Shown here piece after piece: positions 45,178 to 55,188 of a DNA stretch of 64,000 nt (position 1 is its first letter; each line of letters opens with the position of its first letter). The stretch spans positions 4,609 to 68,608 of the forward strand of contig DATEOW010000128.1 in the NCBI GenBank assembly GCA_035273665.1, given 5' to 3'. The notes under the pieces are model-generated. The model saw only the letters and a list, made by a program, of their open reading frames with translations, made no database searches and was not told the origin of the DNA. The position numbers and the translations under genes were made by a program. Source of the DNA: Burkholderiales bacterium (GTDB taxonomy: Bacteria > Pseudomonadota > Gammaproteobacteria > Burkholderiales > SG8-39).

Positions 45178-46203
45178 TTATCGTTGTGCAGCAGATCCCC
45201 GCCCTTTACGCGGGGATTTGTTTTTGGGCGTAGCGAAAGCGCGGGGCAACGGTTCTTCCAGTCGTTCGCAGAAATAAGCCACGGTACGTTGCAAGCCTGC
45301 ATCGAGTTCGACAATGGGATTCCATTCCAGAGCGCGCGCCGCAAGTGAGATGTCGGGACAGCGCTGCATCGGATCATCGGCCGGCAAGTCGCGATAGACC
45401 AACTCGGAATCGGAGCCGGTCAACGCAATAATCTGCTCGGCCAGCTCCCCGATGGTGGATTCGCATGGATTCCCCAGATTGACCGGGCCGATGAAATCTT
45501 CCGGGGTCGCCATCAACCGCACCAGTCCTTCGATCAAGTCGGTGACATAACAGAACGAGCGAGTTTGTTCGCCGCGTCCGTAAATTGTTATCGGTGCACC
45601 GCGCAAGGCTTGCACAATGAAGTTGGACACGACCCGACCGTCGTCGGCCTGCATGCGCGGGCCATAAGTGTTGAAGATACGCGCGATCTTTACTTTGACG
45701 CGATGCTGCCGGTGATAGTCGAAGTAAAGCGTCTCTGCGCAACGCTTGCCTTCGTCATAGCATGCGCGTGGGCCGATCGGATTCACATGTCCCCAATAAT
45801 GCTCAGGCTGAGGATGGAGTTTTGGATCGCCGTACACCTCGCTCGTGGAGGCTTGCAGGATGGGTACTTTCAACCGCTTTGCCAGACCCAGCATGTTAAT
45901 GGAACCATGCACGCAGGTTTTGAGCGTTTGAACGGGATCGTTCTGATAGTGAATCGGTGAAGCGGGGCAGGCGAGGTTATAGATCTGATCCACTTCGACA
46001 TACAGCGGGAAGGTGATGTCATGGCGCAACAGTTCGAAGCGCGGGTGGCGCAGGAGATGTACGATGTTCTCGCGGTCGCCTGTATAGAAGTTGTCCACAC
46101 ACAGCACTTCGTCCCCGTTTTGCAAGAGACGCTCGCATAGATGCGAGCCGAGAAATCCGGCGCCGCCGGTCACCATCACGCGTTGAGGTCCGCTTCTTTT
46201 CAT
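45178..46203 (-). CDS. UDP-glucuronate decarboxylase (UDP-xylose synthase)-like SDR
   Basis: [14 protein letters not shown], YxxxK (YDEGKR), and strong UXS-like blocks ([31 protein letters not shown]). About 25-aa basic C-terminal tail. Confidence 0.8.
   Translation of the reverse strand: MKRSGPQRVMVTGGAGFLGSHLCERLLQNGDEVLCVDNFYTGDRENIVHLLRHPRFELLRHDITFPLYVEVDQIYNLACPASPIHYQNDPVQTLKTCVHGSINMLGLAKRLKVPILQASTSEVYGDPKLHPQPEHYWGHVNPIGPRACYDEGKRCAETLYFDYHRQHRVKVKIARIFNTYGPRMQADDGRVVSNFIVQALRGAPITIYGRGEQTRSFCYVTDLIEGLVRLMATPEDFIGPVNLGNPCESTIGELAEQIIALTGSDSELVYRDLPADDPMQRCPDISLAARALEWNPIVELDAGLQRTVAYFCERLEEPLPRAFATPKNKSPRKGRGSAAQR
45195..45225 (+). terminator. Intrinsic terminator of the 41958-45170 operon
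   Basis: ATCCCCGC-cctttac-GCGGGGAT followed by TTGTTTTT. It lies inside the 3' tail of the convergent UXS ORF. Confidence 0.7.
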
Positions 46204-46214
46204 CTTTGCTCCAA

Positions 46215-47162
46215 TCAGGCGCAAACGCGCCGAAAGACCGCCAGCCAGTCGGCAACAAAGCGATCGATATGAAAACGCTCACACGCCAATTCCCGCGCGG
46301 TCCGGCCAAGGGCTCTCGCTTCATCCGGGTTGTGCAGCAGCGCCTGCATGCATTCGACGAGTCGCTCGACCCGGGTGTCGATATAACCGCTTTCCCCATC
46401 GCGAATGACCGCGCTCATTTCCGTCGTGGCAAGGGCAACAATCGGCAAACCCACCATCATTGCCTCGATCACCGCGAGCCCCATGCTGGTCCAGCGAATG
46501 GGATTGAAGAAAAAACGATAACGCGCCATGGCTGCCGGTAAAGCATTGTTTTCGATTTCACCCAAACCGCCGACGCGTTCCGCATCCATACCCACAAGGT
46601 CAAGCGGTACACGTTCGCGCACCGTGTGGAAGACATCCGCGCCCAGCCGTCTGCCTCGGCGCGGCAAGTTATTGACCACCACAATGCCGCGTTCCAACTC
46701 GCCGCTGTATTGGGCGGCGCTCAGCGGTTTTACGCCGTGCTCCACGACCGTGGTCGGCGTGCGTCCGCTATCCCACATGAGCCGATTGAAATGCGTGCAA
46801 TGCACGAGTAGGGCATTCGCGTCATCCACCCAATGACGGGTGTCCGTGGGGTGCTCTTGCGGCGGATCATGTTCGAGATAAATGGCGGGTAAACGACGCT
46901 GTGCATCGGAGAGTAGATTCAACCGATCTTTTTCCCACCCTTGCTTGTGCTGGTAGAGCACACAATCGAAGGCCTGCTCGCGCACATGTTCGATGGGGAG
47001 ATCAATAAGGTTGTCTCCCCAAGGGAGCGTGCCGGTTCTGCCGGCATAGCCCGGGGACCGCATTGCGTCGGCAATGACGTAGAAGTCATGGGGCACTTGC
47101 GATAGGTAATACAGATAATTGCCGTGTACATGCCAGGTCAAGATGCGGAGGCGTTTTGCCAT
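46215..47162 (-). CDS. Glycosyltransferase (GT-B fold, GT1/GT4-like)
   Basis: 315 aa. C-terminal EX7E-like region ([15 protein letters not shown]). Confidence 0.7.
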   Translation of the reverse strand: MAKRLRILTWHVHGNYLYYLSQVPHDFYVIADAMRSPGYAGRTGTLPWGDNLIDLPIEHVREQAFDCVLYQHKQGWEKDRLNLLSDAQRRLPAIYLEHDPPQEHPTDTRHWVDDANALLVHCTHFNRLMWDSGRTPTTVVEHGVKPLSAAQYSGELERGIVVVNNLPRRGRRLGADVFHTVRERVPLDLVGMDAERVGGLGEIENNALPAAMARYRFFFNPIRWTSMGLAVIEAMMVGLPIVALATTEMSAVIRDGESGYIDTRVERLVECMQALLHNPDEARALGRTARELACERFHIDRFVADWLAVFRRVCA

Positions 47163-47177
47163 GCTGACTCCAGAAGG

Positions 47178-48227
47178 TTAGGCCGCAAGACTGCTGTGCT
47201 GTCTGAGCATTCGCAGCGCGGTATTCGTCACTTCGGCGACCGTGACGCCGCGCGCACATTCGTGTTCGGTCGGGCAGGTGTGATACGCACAGGGACGGCA
47301 GGGCACGTCGCGCCACAACACCGGGTGTTTGCCGGTATCCAAGGGCGCCCAGCGACGCACGTCAGCGCCGGAAGACACCACGACACTGGGTGTGCCGACC
47401 GCCGTTGCGATATGCGAGATCCCTGTGTCGTTGCACACGACCAGGCGCGCCTCTGCGACCAGCGCAGCGGAAGCGCCCATGCTGGTACGGCCGACGAGAT
47501 TGCGCGCCGGGTGGCGCATGCGTCTTTGTAGCGTCTCGCCGATTTCGCGTTCTTCGCCGCTACCGGTCAACACGATTTCAAAGCCGAGATCGGCGATGGC
47601 ATCGGCGACCGCTGCGAAGGCATCTACAGGCCAACGGCGCGAGGGCAATCTCGCGCCTGCATGGACGCATACATAGGGACGAACAATATTGGATTCGGTA
47701 GCCAAAACCGCTGCGAGCTCCTCGCGTTCAGGCGGATGAATCGGAAACTCCAACGCCGTTCCGCATGAAGCAATACCCATCGCTTCCATGAGCTGGAGGT
47801 AAATCAAAATCTCGTGAGTTCCTGTTGGCCATACCGGGAAATGCGCAGGTACTGCCGCAGGATCGGGGCGATAGCCAAAAACAGCCTTCGCCCCGAGACT
47901 GCCGACAATGAGATTCACAATGCCTCCCGAGCCATGCATTTGAATGGCCAAATCGAACTGCCGCATTTGCGCATCAATAAAAAAATCAGGTAGTGCATCC
48001 AGGTCGGGTTCCCGTTCCGGCAGACCAGGGAAGCCGGGAAACGCCATGAGTTCGTCGACATAGGGGAAGCGGCGAACGAAATCGGCGGCCCAGGGCAGGC
48101 CGATTAATGTGATGCGCGCCGCCGGATAAGCAGCCCGCAACGCCCGCATGGCTGGCACAGTGCAAAGCAGATCGCCCAATTGCAGCGCGCGAAAGACTGC
48201 GATGTTGCGAATGCTTTCGCTGGGCAT
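47178..48227 (-). CDS. Glycosyltransferase family 9 (heptosyltransferase-like)
   Basis: Start MPSESIRNIAVFRALQLGDLLCTVPAMRAL (GT9 N-terminal motif). CNDTGISHIATAVGTP near the C-terminus. Confidence 0.8.
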   Translation of the reverse strand: MPSESIRNIAVFRALQLGDLLCTVPAMRALRAAYPAARITLIGLPWAADFVRRFPYVDELMAFPGFPGLPEREPDLDALPDFFIDAQMRQFDLAIQMHGSGGIVNLIVGSLGAKAVFGYRPDPAAVPAHFPVWPTGTHEILIYLQLMEAMGIASCGTALEFPIHPPEREELAAVLATESNIVRPYVCVHAGARLPSRRWPVDAFAAVADAIADLGFEIVLTGSGEEREIGETLQRRMRHPARNLVGRTSMGASAALVAEARLVVCNDTGISHIATAVGTPSVVVSSGADVRRWAPLDTGKHPVLWRDVPCRPCAYHTCPTEHECARGVTVAEVTNTALRMLRQHSSLAA

Positions 48228-48235
48228 TGCCGTTC

Positions 48236-49237
48236 TCAAAATGTGCTCCGGTAGAGCGAGCAAGTGCGGCAAATCTGCGGCGGTAGGTCGGTCGCCAGGG
48301 CATGGCGGAAGTTTCCATAGGCAGGGCCGTTCCACACTTCTTCCACCCCTTGCGCGAGCATGTTGCCGAGGTTGACGCGATCGGCGGTCACCATGCAACA
48401 AGGCACCGCGTCGCCGCGATAATTCAGATAGGCACCGCGTAAGGGCCAGTCGCAACCGGGCGCACGCAAAGGCGCATCGCCTTCAAGCGCCGGCAGCCGT
48501 AGCCTGATACCCAATTCCGCCGCTCGATCGCGTGCAGCCGAAAAGGCGGTAGCGATGAGACTGCGATCTGCCGACAGCAAGCTTTGTGTGCCGTAGAAAT
48601 TGCGCATCGGAATATAAGAAGGAGGAAGCTCGGTTTCGCCAAAATCATGCGCGAGATGCTGGACGAAGATCGAGTCGATGCTCAACTCGTGTGCGAGCCC
48701 CACGAGCGCGCTGAGTTGATCAAGATTCGCCCGCATAACGACCGTCACAATGCGCAATTCCGGCGTTGCGGAACCCGTTTCGCGCTTGGCCTGAACGATG
48801 CGACGGATATTGCGCAATACCTTGACGAAGGAAGCGCCGCGACGAATGTTTTCATAGACTTCGGCTGTCGCGGCATCGAGCGAAATGTGTAGTGCACCCA
48901 ATCCGCTTTTCACGCACTCGTGAGCGCGTTCTTCGGTCAGCAAGGTCAGGTTGGAATTTGTCGAAACGAAAAGCCCGCGTGCGACGGCATGACGCACCAT
49001 GCGGAAAAATTCCGGATGCAATAGCGGTTCGCCCAGGCCTTGGAGATGGAGTTCGTCCGCGTCCGAGAACCCATCCAATAGGCGGCAAAAATCGTCGAAG
49101 CTCAAATGCGCGGGTTGACCGTCAGTCGGCAGATCTTTACGTAAATCGATCGCGCACATCGCGCAATGCAGATTGCATTGCCCCACCGGTTCGATCTGGA
49201 CAAAACGTGGCAGCGGAATATCGGCGCGTGCGTTCAT
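48236..49237 (-). CDS. Radical SAM enzyme with C-terminal SPASM-like Cys cluster
   Basis: CNLHCAMC (CX3CX2C) at the N-terminus. C-terminal CDWP...VPCCMV...CRTCSLY. ATGA overlap with the upstream GT2 stop. Confidence 0.8.
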   Translation of the reverse strand: MNARADIPLPRFVQIEPVGQCNLHCAMCAIDLRKDLPTDGQPAHLSFDDFCRLLDGFSDADELHLQGLGEPLLHPEFFRMVRHAVARGLFVSTNSNLTLLTEERAHECVKSGLGALHISLDAATAEVYENIRRGASFVKVLRNIRRIVQAKRETGSATPELRIVTVVMRANLDQLSALVGLAHELSIDSIFVQHLAHDFGETELPPSYIPMRNFYGTQSLLSADRSLIATAFSAARDRAAELGIRLRLPALEGDAPLRAPGCDWPLRGAYLNYRGDAVPCCMVTADRVNLGNMLAQGVEEVWNGPAYGNFRHALATDLPPQICRTCSLYRSTF

Positions 49238-50223
49238 GCGAAACGCACTCGAAACTTGAAAGCGCCGGCGATGCGCCAAAAGACGGCGACCGGCGGAATG
49301 AGAGCGGAGGTCACCAGCATTTCGGCAATGTGCCGCCATGAGCGCTGCGTATGGCGTAGACGCCGATAGGTGAAATGCGCCGTCCATGTCGCCCACGCGA
49401 GCAATGCAAAGCCGGCGAGGGATTCAGTGTCCGCGATCAGGCCGATGAGGGCGAGTCCCAGCAAGAAAACGGCGAAGTAGTATGACCATGGCCCATGCGA
49501 TGCGATTCGGTGACGATAGAGCGCCGGATGTTTTTTGAAAAGCAGCGCCTCAAAGAAATTGTTCTTTTGCGTTTTGAGACTCACGCCCCAAGGCGCGGGG
49601 CGCACGGGATGCAATACGAGAGCCTCGGGCGCGGTGCCGATATATTGGCCCGATCGCAACAACGAGAATTGCAGATCGGAGTCTTCACGCCATGGCCGCC
49701 GAAAGCGCTCGTCGAAGCCGTCGACCAATTCCAGCGCGGTACGTCGGACGAAACAGTTAGCGGTCACAAATTCCGCAGTATCGAGGCCGGCCGTATTGAG
49801 TTCCCAGTCTGTCGGTTCAGGCGGAAGCGGGACCTTCACTTTGCCGGTCACGGCCGCATGCTGGGCTTGCATCGCTTTCAGGCCTTCGGCTAACCAGTTT
49901 CGCGACGGCACCGTGTCGTCATCGGTGAATGCGATGACGTCTGCTTGCGCCTTTCTCCAGCCCACATTGCGCGCAGCCGCCGGTCCGCCCCGCGGGGAGG
50001 GGCTGCGCAAGTAACGTATAAAGGTCTGGGCCGATTCCCTGGCCATGCGTGTGACGAGTGCAAGCGTATCGTCGGACCAACCATCATCCACCACAATGAT
50101 TTCGTATTCGGCGGCGGGCAGACGTTGATGCCGCAGGGCGATCAAACATCGCTGCAATAGAACCGGCCGCCCGCAAGTGGGAACAACGACGGAAACTCGG
50201 GGCGTGAAGTCGTCAGTCTTCAT
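49234..50223 (-). CDS. Glycosyltransferase family 2 with C-terminal TM helices
   Basis: VSVVVPTCGR...IVVDDG...FTDDD (DxD). Hydrophobic C-terminal third. Confidence 0.8.
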   Translation of the reverse strand: MKTDDFTPRVSVVVPTCGRPVLLQRCLIALRHQRLPAAEYEIIVVDDGWSDDTLALVTRMARESAQTFIRYLRSPSPRGGPAAARNVGWRKAQADVIAFTDDDTVPSRNWLAEGLKAMQAQHAAVTGKVKVPLPPEPTDWELNTAGLDTAEFVTANCFVRRTALELVDGFDERFRRPWREDSDLQFSLLRSGQYIGTAPEALVLHPVRPAPWGVSLKTQKNNFFEALLFKKHPALYRHRIASHGPWSYYFAVFLLGLALIGLIADTESLAGFALLAWATWTAHFTYRRLRHTQRSWRHIAEMLVTSALIPPVAVFWRIAGAFKFRVRFA

Positions 50224-51986
50224 GCCACGGCCCGAACCGCGTTTTGCGAAAACTCACCAGCGGCAACCGCTTGTGAACGCTTGCTCAACACATAGGAGCC
50301 CATTACCAGCGCATCGATCGGGGTGCTATAGAAGGCCTCGATAGCGTCGCGGGGACTACAGACGATCGGTTGGCCACGGCTGTTGAACGAGGTGTTCACC
50401 AACACGGGCACACCGGTCCGCCGCTCGAACGCCTTGAGCAGATTGTAATAAGCCGGGTTATGTTTGCCGTCTACGGTCTGCACGCGCGCGGTACGATCCA
50501 CGTGCGTCGCGGCGGGAATATGCGACAACTTTTCTTCGCGGACGTCGTAGATGAATAGCATGAAGGGCGCCTTGCGCGTCGCCTTGCCGCGCACGAACCA
50601 GTCATCGAAACGCTCTTCGAGCACTACCGGCGCGACAGGGCGAAAATCTTCGCGGTCTTTCAGCTCATTCAAACGGGCCTTCATATCCGGATTGATGGGG
50701 GAGGCGAGAATCGATCGTGCCCCCAAGGCGCGCGGGCCGAATTCCATTCGCCCCTGGAACCAGCCGATGATCTGGTCTTGTGCGAGCAACGCTGCGGTTT
50801 CTTCCGCCGGATCCTCCATGCGGCGAAATGGAATCTTGCTCCATTGGAGTAGCGCTTCAATGTCCTCGTCGTCATAGGCTGGGCCGAGATAAGCGTGATC
50901 CATCTGCCAAGCCCTCGGGCCATGCCGTTCACGCAAATCTACCCATAGCGCGGCGCCGAGTGCCGTGCCAGCGTCGCCTGCGGCGGGTTGTACCCATACT
51001 TCATCGAAGAGTCCGGCATCGCGGATTCGCGCGTTCATGACGCAATTGAGGGCAACACCGCCGGCCATTGCGAGTTTGGTCTCGCCACTTCGATGGCGTA
51101 ACCACGTTGCCAATTTGACGGCACTTTCTTCCAAGGCCTTTTGCAAGGAGGCGGACACGTCGAAATGACGCGCATCGAAGCGGCCTCCGCGTGGCCGCGC
51201 AGGCCCAAAATGCTTTTCCAAATCGGCATCGACGAGGCGATAACCGCCTTCATTATCGATTTGCAGCATCTTGCGGAACTTGTCGAGATATCGAGGTGTA
51301 CCGTAGGAGGCAAGCGCCATGACTTTGTATTCATCCGAAGAATGCAGAAAGCCTAGCCATCTTGTCGTGTCCTCATAGAGCATGCCGAGCGAATGCGGCA
51401 TATCAACCTGCTTGATGCGCTGGAGTTGTCCATCTCGCCAAATGCCATAAGTGGTGGTCGCCGCTTCGCCCCGGCCGTCGAGGGTCATGACGGCGCAATG
51501 CTCGAAAGGCGCGGCGAGGCATGCGCTTGCCTCGTGGGCGAGGTGATGCTCCACGTAATGCCATGCATATCGCAACTGTCCTTCGAAGCGTGCGCGCAAA
51601 TGTAAGGGTGCGCCGTCCGCCAACTGGCGCGAAGCATTGTGTACGTATAGATAGAAGAGGGGGTCCCAAGGACCTGCGCCTTCCGCTGAAGGCGCGGAAG
51701 GATGCAGCGGTAGGTTGATCGCATGATGATCGGAAGGTTGGTAAGCCAATTCCCGTGGATCGAGAGAGTAAGCGACATGGTCCACGTCGGAGAGCTTGAT
51801 GCCCGCTTCACGCAAGCAGTAATCAATCGCGTTGAAAGGCAATTCCCACACGGTGAACGGTACGGGTCGCTTGGCATGCTTGATCCGACTGAAACGTTCT
51901 TCTTCGGCCGCCGCGAGCACGACCCCGTCGCGCACTAGGCAAGCGGCACTATCGTGGAACGCAGCGTTGATTCCCAATGTATACAT
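50220..51986 (-). CDS. Carbamoyltransferase (NodU/CmcH family)
   Basis: MYTLGINAAFHDSAACLVRDG...EEERFSRIKH...HHLAHEASA...GGVALNC. 588 aa from ATG 51986. Confidence 0.85.
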   Translation of the reverse strand: MYTLGINAAFHDSAACLVRDGVVLAAAEEERFSRIKHAKRPVPFTVWELPFNAIDYCLREAGIKLSDVDHVAYSLDPRELAYQPSDHHAINLPLHPSAPSAEGAGPWDPLFYLYVHNASRQLADGAPLHLRARFEGQLRYAWHYVEHHLAHEASACLAAPFEHCAVMTLDGRGEAATTTYGIWRDGQLQRIKQVDMPHSLGMLYEDTTRWLGFLHSSDEYKVMALASYGTPRYLDKFRKMLQIDNEGGYRLVDADLEKHFGPARPRGGRFDARHFDVSASLQKALEESAVKLATWLRHRSGETKLAMAGGVALNCVMNARIRDAGLFDEVWVQPAAGDAGTALGAALWVDLRERHGPRAWQMDHAYLGPAYDDEDIEALLQWSKIPFRRMEDPAEETAALLAQDQIIGWFQGRMEFGPRALGARSILASPINPDMKARLNELKDREDFRPVAPVVLEERFDDWFVRGKATRKAPFMLFIYDVREEKLSHIPAATHVDRTARVQTVDGKHNPAYYNLLKAFERRTGVPVLVNTSFNSRGQPIVCSPRDAIEAFYSTPIDALVMGSYVLSKRSQAVAAGEFSQNAVRAVA

Positions 51987-51987
51987 G

Positions 51988-53139
51988 TCAATCCTGCGGC
52001 AAAAGAAAATCCGGTTGTGTGTGCGGAGCGATGTCGTGCAGCAGCTCCTGCGCTGCGGCACATACTTGTGCGGGAGCGACTCCGCGAAGACATTGATGGT
52101 GGCCTTGCTCGCAGACGCTCCGATAGCAGAAACGGCAAGGGACATCCGTGTAAAGCACGCGTTGCGGAACCTGCCATGGACGATGCTGGGGATTGGTCAA
52201 GGCGTACAAATCCACGACCGGCGTGCCCAGGGCCGCAGCCAGGTGCGCCGGACCCGTGTTATTGGCAATGACCAATTTCGCATCGGCGATTAGCGCTGCG
52301 AGTTCGCCAAGGGAAAACATCCCTGCGAGCGGCCAAGCGCCATTGTGATTTCCAGCAACGCGATGGACGAGCGCCGCTTCATCCTCGCCGCCCGTCACGA
52401 GAACTTGATGGCCGGTCTCGCGGATCAAAGACTGCACGACCGCATGGAAATGTTCGGGCGGATAACGACGAGAGGCGGCGGTAGCGCCCGGATGGACCAC
52501 GATCCAAGGACGCTGCAAATCTACGCCGAGCGCGTTTAGCTTGGATAGCGTTTGTTCGATCTCGCTGCGTTTTAAGCGAAATGAAAGTTTTTCGTTGGCC
52601 GTTTCGCAACCGATGCTGGCGACAAGATCGAGTTGTCTGCGCGCTTCGTGACGCACTCGGGTATGCGGTTCGATCTCCGGTTCCCAATCACTTAGAAGGT
52701 GATAGGGATTTTCTCGTGCGTGTGCAAGCCGCAGCGGAATGCCCGCCTGCCAACATAAGAGGGCGGCAGGCAAGGCGCTTTGGCTATATACGGTGAAAAT
52801 TACAGCCGCATCGAAGCGCCTCGTTCTTAGCGTTTCCACCAGTGCCTGCATTTGGCGCTGATGTGCAGCCGACTCGTGTTTCATCCATGGCGCGCTGTAG
52901 ACCAGGCAATCTTCGAGTTCCGGCACATAAGGAACGATCGCGGCGCCGGAAGTCGAGGTGAGTAAGGTCAGCTGCTTTCCGGCGACGCCGCTTTCCTTCA
53001 GTGCGCGAAAGGCCGGTGTCGTCATGAGCACATCACCCATCGCGTCCAGGCGCACGCACAAAATGCGGCGCGCACCGCGCCAGAAATCGCTGCTCACATG
53101 CACCGCTCGCGGGACCAAGGGGACGAGCGGCGCGTTCAC
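51988..53139 (-). CDS. Glycosyltransferase family 9 (heptosyltransferase-like)
   Basis: GTG start overlapping the phosphatase stop (GTGA). ILCVRLDAMGDVLMTTPAFRAL and NNTGPAHLAAALGTP. Confidence 0.75.
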   Translation of the reverse strand: MNAPLVPLVPRAVHVSSDFWRGARRILCVRLDAMGDVLMTTPAFRALKESGVAGKQLTLLTSTSGAAIVPYVPELEDCLVYSAPWMKHESAAHQRQMQALVETLRTRRFDAAVIFTVYSQSALPAALLCWQAGIPLRLAHARENPYHLLSDWEPEIEPHTRVRHEARRQLDLVASIGCETANEKLSFRLKRSEIEQTLSKLNALGVDLQRPWIVVHPGATAASRRYPPEHFHAVVQSLIRETGHQVLVTGGEDEAALVHRVAGNHNGAWPLAGMFSLGELAALIADAKLVIANNTGPAHLAAALGTPVVDLYALTNPQHRPWQVPQRVLYTDVPCRFCYRSVCEQGHHQCLRGVAPAQVCAAAQELLHDIAPHTQPDFLLPQD

Positions 53140-53699
53140 TGACGCATCCCCAGAATATGCGCTGTCACCCCATCCAGATCGCGGGCGATATGGTCGGGTG
53201 TACGAAGACTCGAAGCAATCCATTCGGTTTCGGAACCCACGTCCAATAAGATACTGCGGCACCCCGCTCGATGACCTGCCTCGACATCATCGAGAATGTC
53301 ACCGACCATCCATGAAGCTTCAAGATCGATGCCGCGCTCTTGCGCGGCGCGGGTCAACATACCCGCCGCAGGTTTGCGGCAATCGCAGGCAATGGCATAG
53401 GGTGCGACTTGCCCCTCGGGATGATGTGGGCAGTAGTAGAAGGCATCCAACCGTGCGCCTTCTTCGCTTAGCAAGGATTGCAAACGAGTCCATACAAACT
53501 GAAGCGCGTCTTCGTCAAAACGGCCAAGGGCGACACCCGCCTGGTTGCTCACCAGCACAAGCTCGTAGTTGTGTTCACCGAGCCGCCGCAACGCGTCTCC
53601 GACGCCTTCTCGCAGACGGATCTGCGAGGGGTCGACATTGAAAGCGACGTCATGAACGAGCGTTCCGTCTTTGTCGATGAAGACAGCCGCTTTTTTCAT
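53136..53699 (-). CDS. HAD-IIIA sugar-phosphate phosphatase (GmhB / D,D-heptose-1,7-bisphosphate phosphatase-like)
   Basis: FIDKDGTL, SNQAGV, Zn motif YYCPHHPEG...CDCRKP, GDILDDVEAG. Confidence 0.8.
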   Translation of the reverse strand: MKKAAVFIDKDGTLVHDVAFNVDPSQIRLREGVGDALRRLGEHNYELVLVSNQAGVALGRFDEDALQFVWTRLQSLLSEEGARLDAFYYCPHHPEGQVAPYAIACDCRKPAAGMLTRAAQERGIDLEASWMVGDILDDVEAGHRAGCRSILLDVGSETEWIASSLRTPDHIARDLDGVTAHILGMRQ

Positions 53700-54970
53700 C
53701 CTTCGCTTTGCACCTGTTCACCCAGAGTAGATGCCCACACCGGCCCTTTGATCACGCGCTTGTAGACCGGCTGTAGTTCTTGAGCAATTTTTTGCCAGGT
53801 ATAACGGCTGCGCACATGACGAATACCGGCGCGACCGAATGCGCGTCCCAGTTCCGGGTTGCGATAAAAACACGCAAGTCGATTCGCCAGTGCCTCCGGG
53901 TGCTGAGGAGGCACCAGGTAACCGGTGACTGAATCGACGACGCTGCTTTTGATTCCCCCGACTGAAGCGCCCACGACCGGTGTGCCGCAAGCCATCGCCT
54001 CGAGGGGCGTAATACCGAAGGGCTCATACCACGGCGTCGTCACAAACACGTTCGCCGCCGAGTAGTAATACTTGAGTTCGTTGCGGGGCCGCTGGCCGAA
54101 GAATTGAACCTGCTCCCAAACGCCTTCTTGTCGCGCAATCTCGATCAATCGTCCAATTTCCGGTGTCGCGGCGGGATCAGGTTCGGGAGTGTTGCCGCCG
54201 ACGATCAACAGGCGCGCGCGAATACCGTGGTCCCGCGCGAGGTGACCGATGGCACGAATGACGTTGTCGATGCCTTTACGGGGAACCAGCCGTCCAAGTT
54301 GCAGAACAATGAACTCGTTCGGCGATAGCCCTAACTTCTCGCGTGCGTTGGCCATCCCCATCGTGGCCATTTCCGTCGTGTCGATGCCGCATCCCACGAT
54401 GTCGATCTTTGCTTCATCGGCGCCATATAAATGGATCAAGTCGTCTCGATCTTGGGGGCACTCGGCCACAATCCGATCGGCTAGTTGGACCAGCTCTTCT
54501 TCGATTTGCACTCGGCTTGAAGGAAAACGATCAGCTTCTTGCTGATGGGCGCGTCGCACTTTTCCAAGGGCGTGAAAGGTGATAACGAATGGCAAGCCCA
54601 GGTACTCACGCAGACGTGCCGCGACTAATCCAGACATGAAGAAATTGGCGTGGGCAACATGAAACTGCCGTGTCGCGGCCGCGCAATGCGCGCCCATGCG
54701 CACAGCGAACTCCTGCATGTACGGAAGCAGCCGTTCCTTCTCGATAAATTTCGCCGGTCCGGCGCGAACGTGGACGACGCGAACGTTCGGACCCAAAGCA
54801 ACGATGTCCGGTGAGACCTCATCATCACGGCGGGTAAACACATCCACCTGATGTCCCATCTGTCCTAGTTGTCGAGCAAGCTGCGCCACATAAACATTTT
54901 GTCCTCCGCTATCGACGCCTCCAAGGGCTGCGAGTGGCGACGCGTGTTCGCTGATGAGGGCGATGTTCAT
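53696..54970 (-). CDS. Glycosyltransferase family 4 (sucrose-phosphate-synthase/MshA-like N-terminus)
   Basis: Start MNIALISEHASPLAALGGVDSGGQNVYV. C-terminal EPFGITPLEAMACGTPVV. First gene of the operon. Confidence 0.8.
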   Translation of the reverse strand: MNIALISEHASPLAALGGVDSGGQNVYVAQLARQLGQMGHQVDVFTRRDDEVSPDIVALGPNVRVVHVRAGPAKFIEKERLLPYMQEFAVRMGAHCAAATRQFHVAHANFFMSGLVAARLREYLGLPFVITFHALGKVRRAHQQEADRFPSSRVQIEEELVQLADRIVAECPQDRDDLIHLYGADEAKIDIVGCGIDTTEMATMGMANAREKLGLSPNEFIVLQLGRLVPRKGIDNVIRAIGHLARDHGIRARLLIVGGNTPEPDPAATPEIGRLIEIARQEGVWEQVQFFGQRPRNELKYYYSAANVFVTTPWYEPFGITPLEAMACGTPVVGASVGGIKSSVVDSVTGYLVPPQHPEALANRLACFYRNPELGRAFGRAGIRHVRSRYTWQKIAQELQPVYKRVIKGPVWASTLGEQVQSEG

Positions 54971-55008
54971 CTGGAAGGTTTCATGGCGTTGAAGTTTTGC
55001 TTCCTGCC

Positions 55009-55024
55009 TGCAACCCCTATGCCG
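55009..55024 (-). promoter_or_regulatory. sigma54 -24/-12 promoter of the nine-gene glycosylation operon
   Basis: Minus strand cGGCATaggggTTGCA. -12 is about 40 nt upstream of the ATG at 54970. An AT-rich tract (55030-55075) lies between it and the palindrome at 55162-88. Confidence 0.7.
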
Positions 55025-55161
55025 CTTCACGAAGAAAAAATATCGCGTTCACACTTAAGAAATTTTTCTCAGTACTAGTAGACGCGTAGGACTTGCAGAG
55101 AAGAAACGGATGCAAACGCTCGATTGAATTATTCAAGCGGCTTGAAGCGCATAGATGTTAA

Positions 55162-55188
55162 GCCGATGTGTCTGTCAGACACATCGGC
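55162..55188. repeat. 27-bp perfect palindrome (candidate enhancer/UAS)
   Basis: GCCGATGTGTCTG-T-CAGACACATCGGC. Its centre is about 150 bp upstream of the -24 box at 55023 and about 85 bp upstream of the -24 box at 55259. Confidence 0.85.

Noticed and set aside
45178-45260. The C-terminal 25-aa basic tail of the UXS-like enzyme as a functional extension
   Set aside because: The tail coincides with the terminator hairpin of the convergent operon. It is probably read-through of non-conserved sequence until the first stop, and it is not evidence of a new domain.
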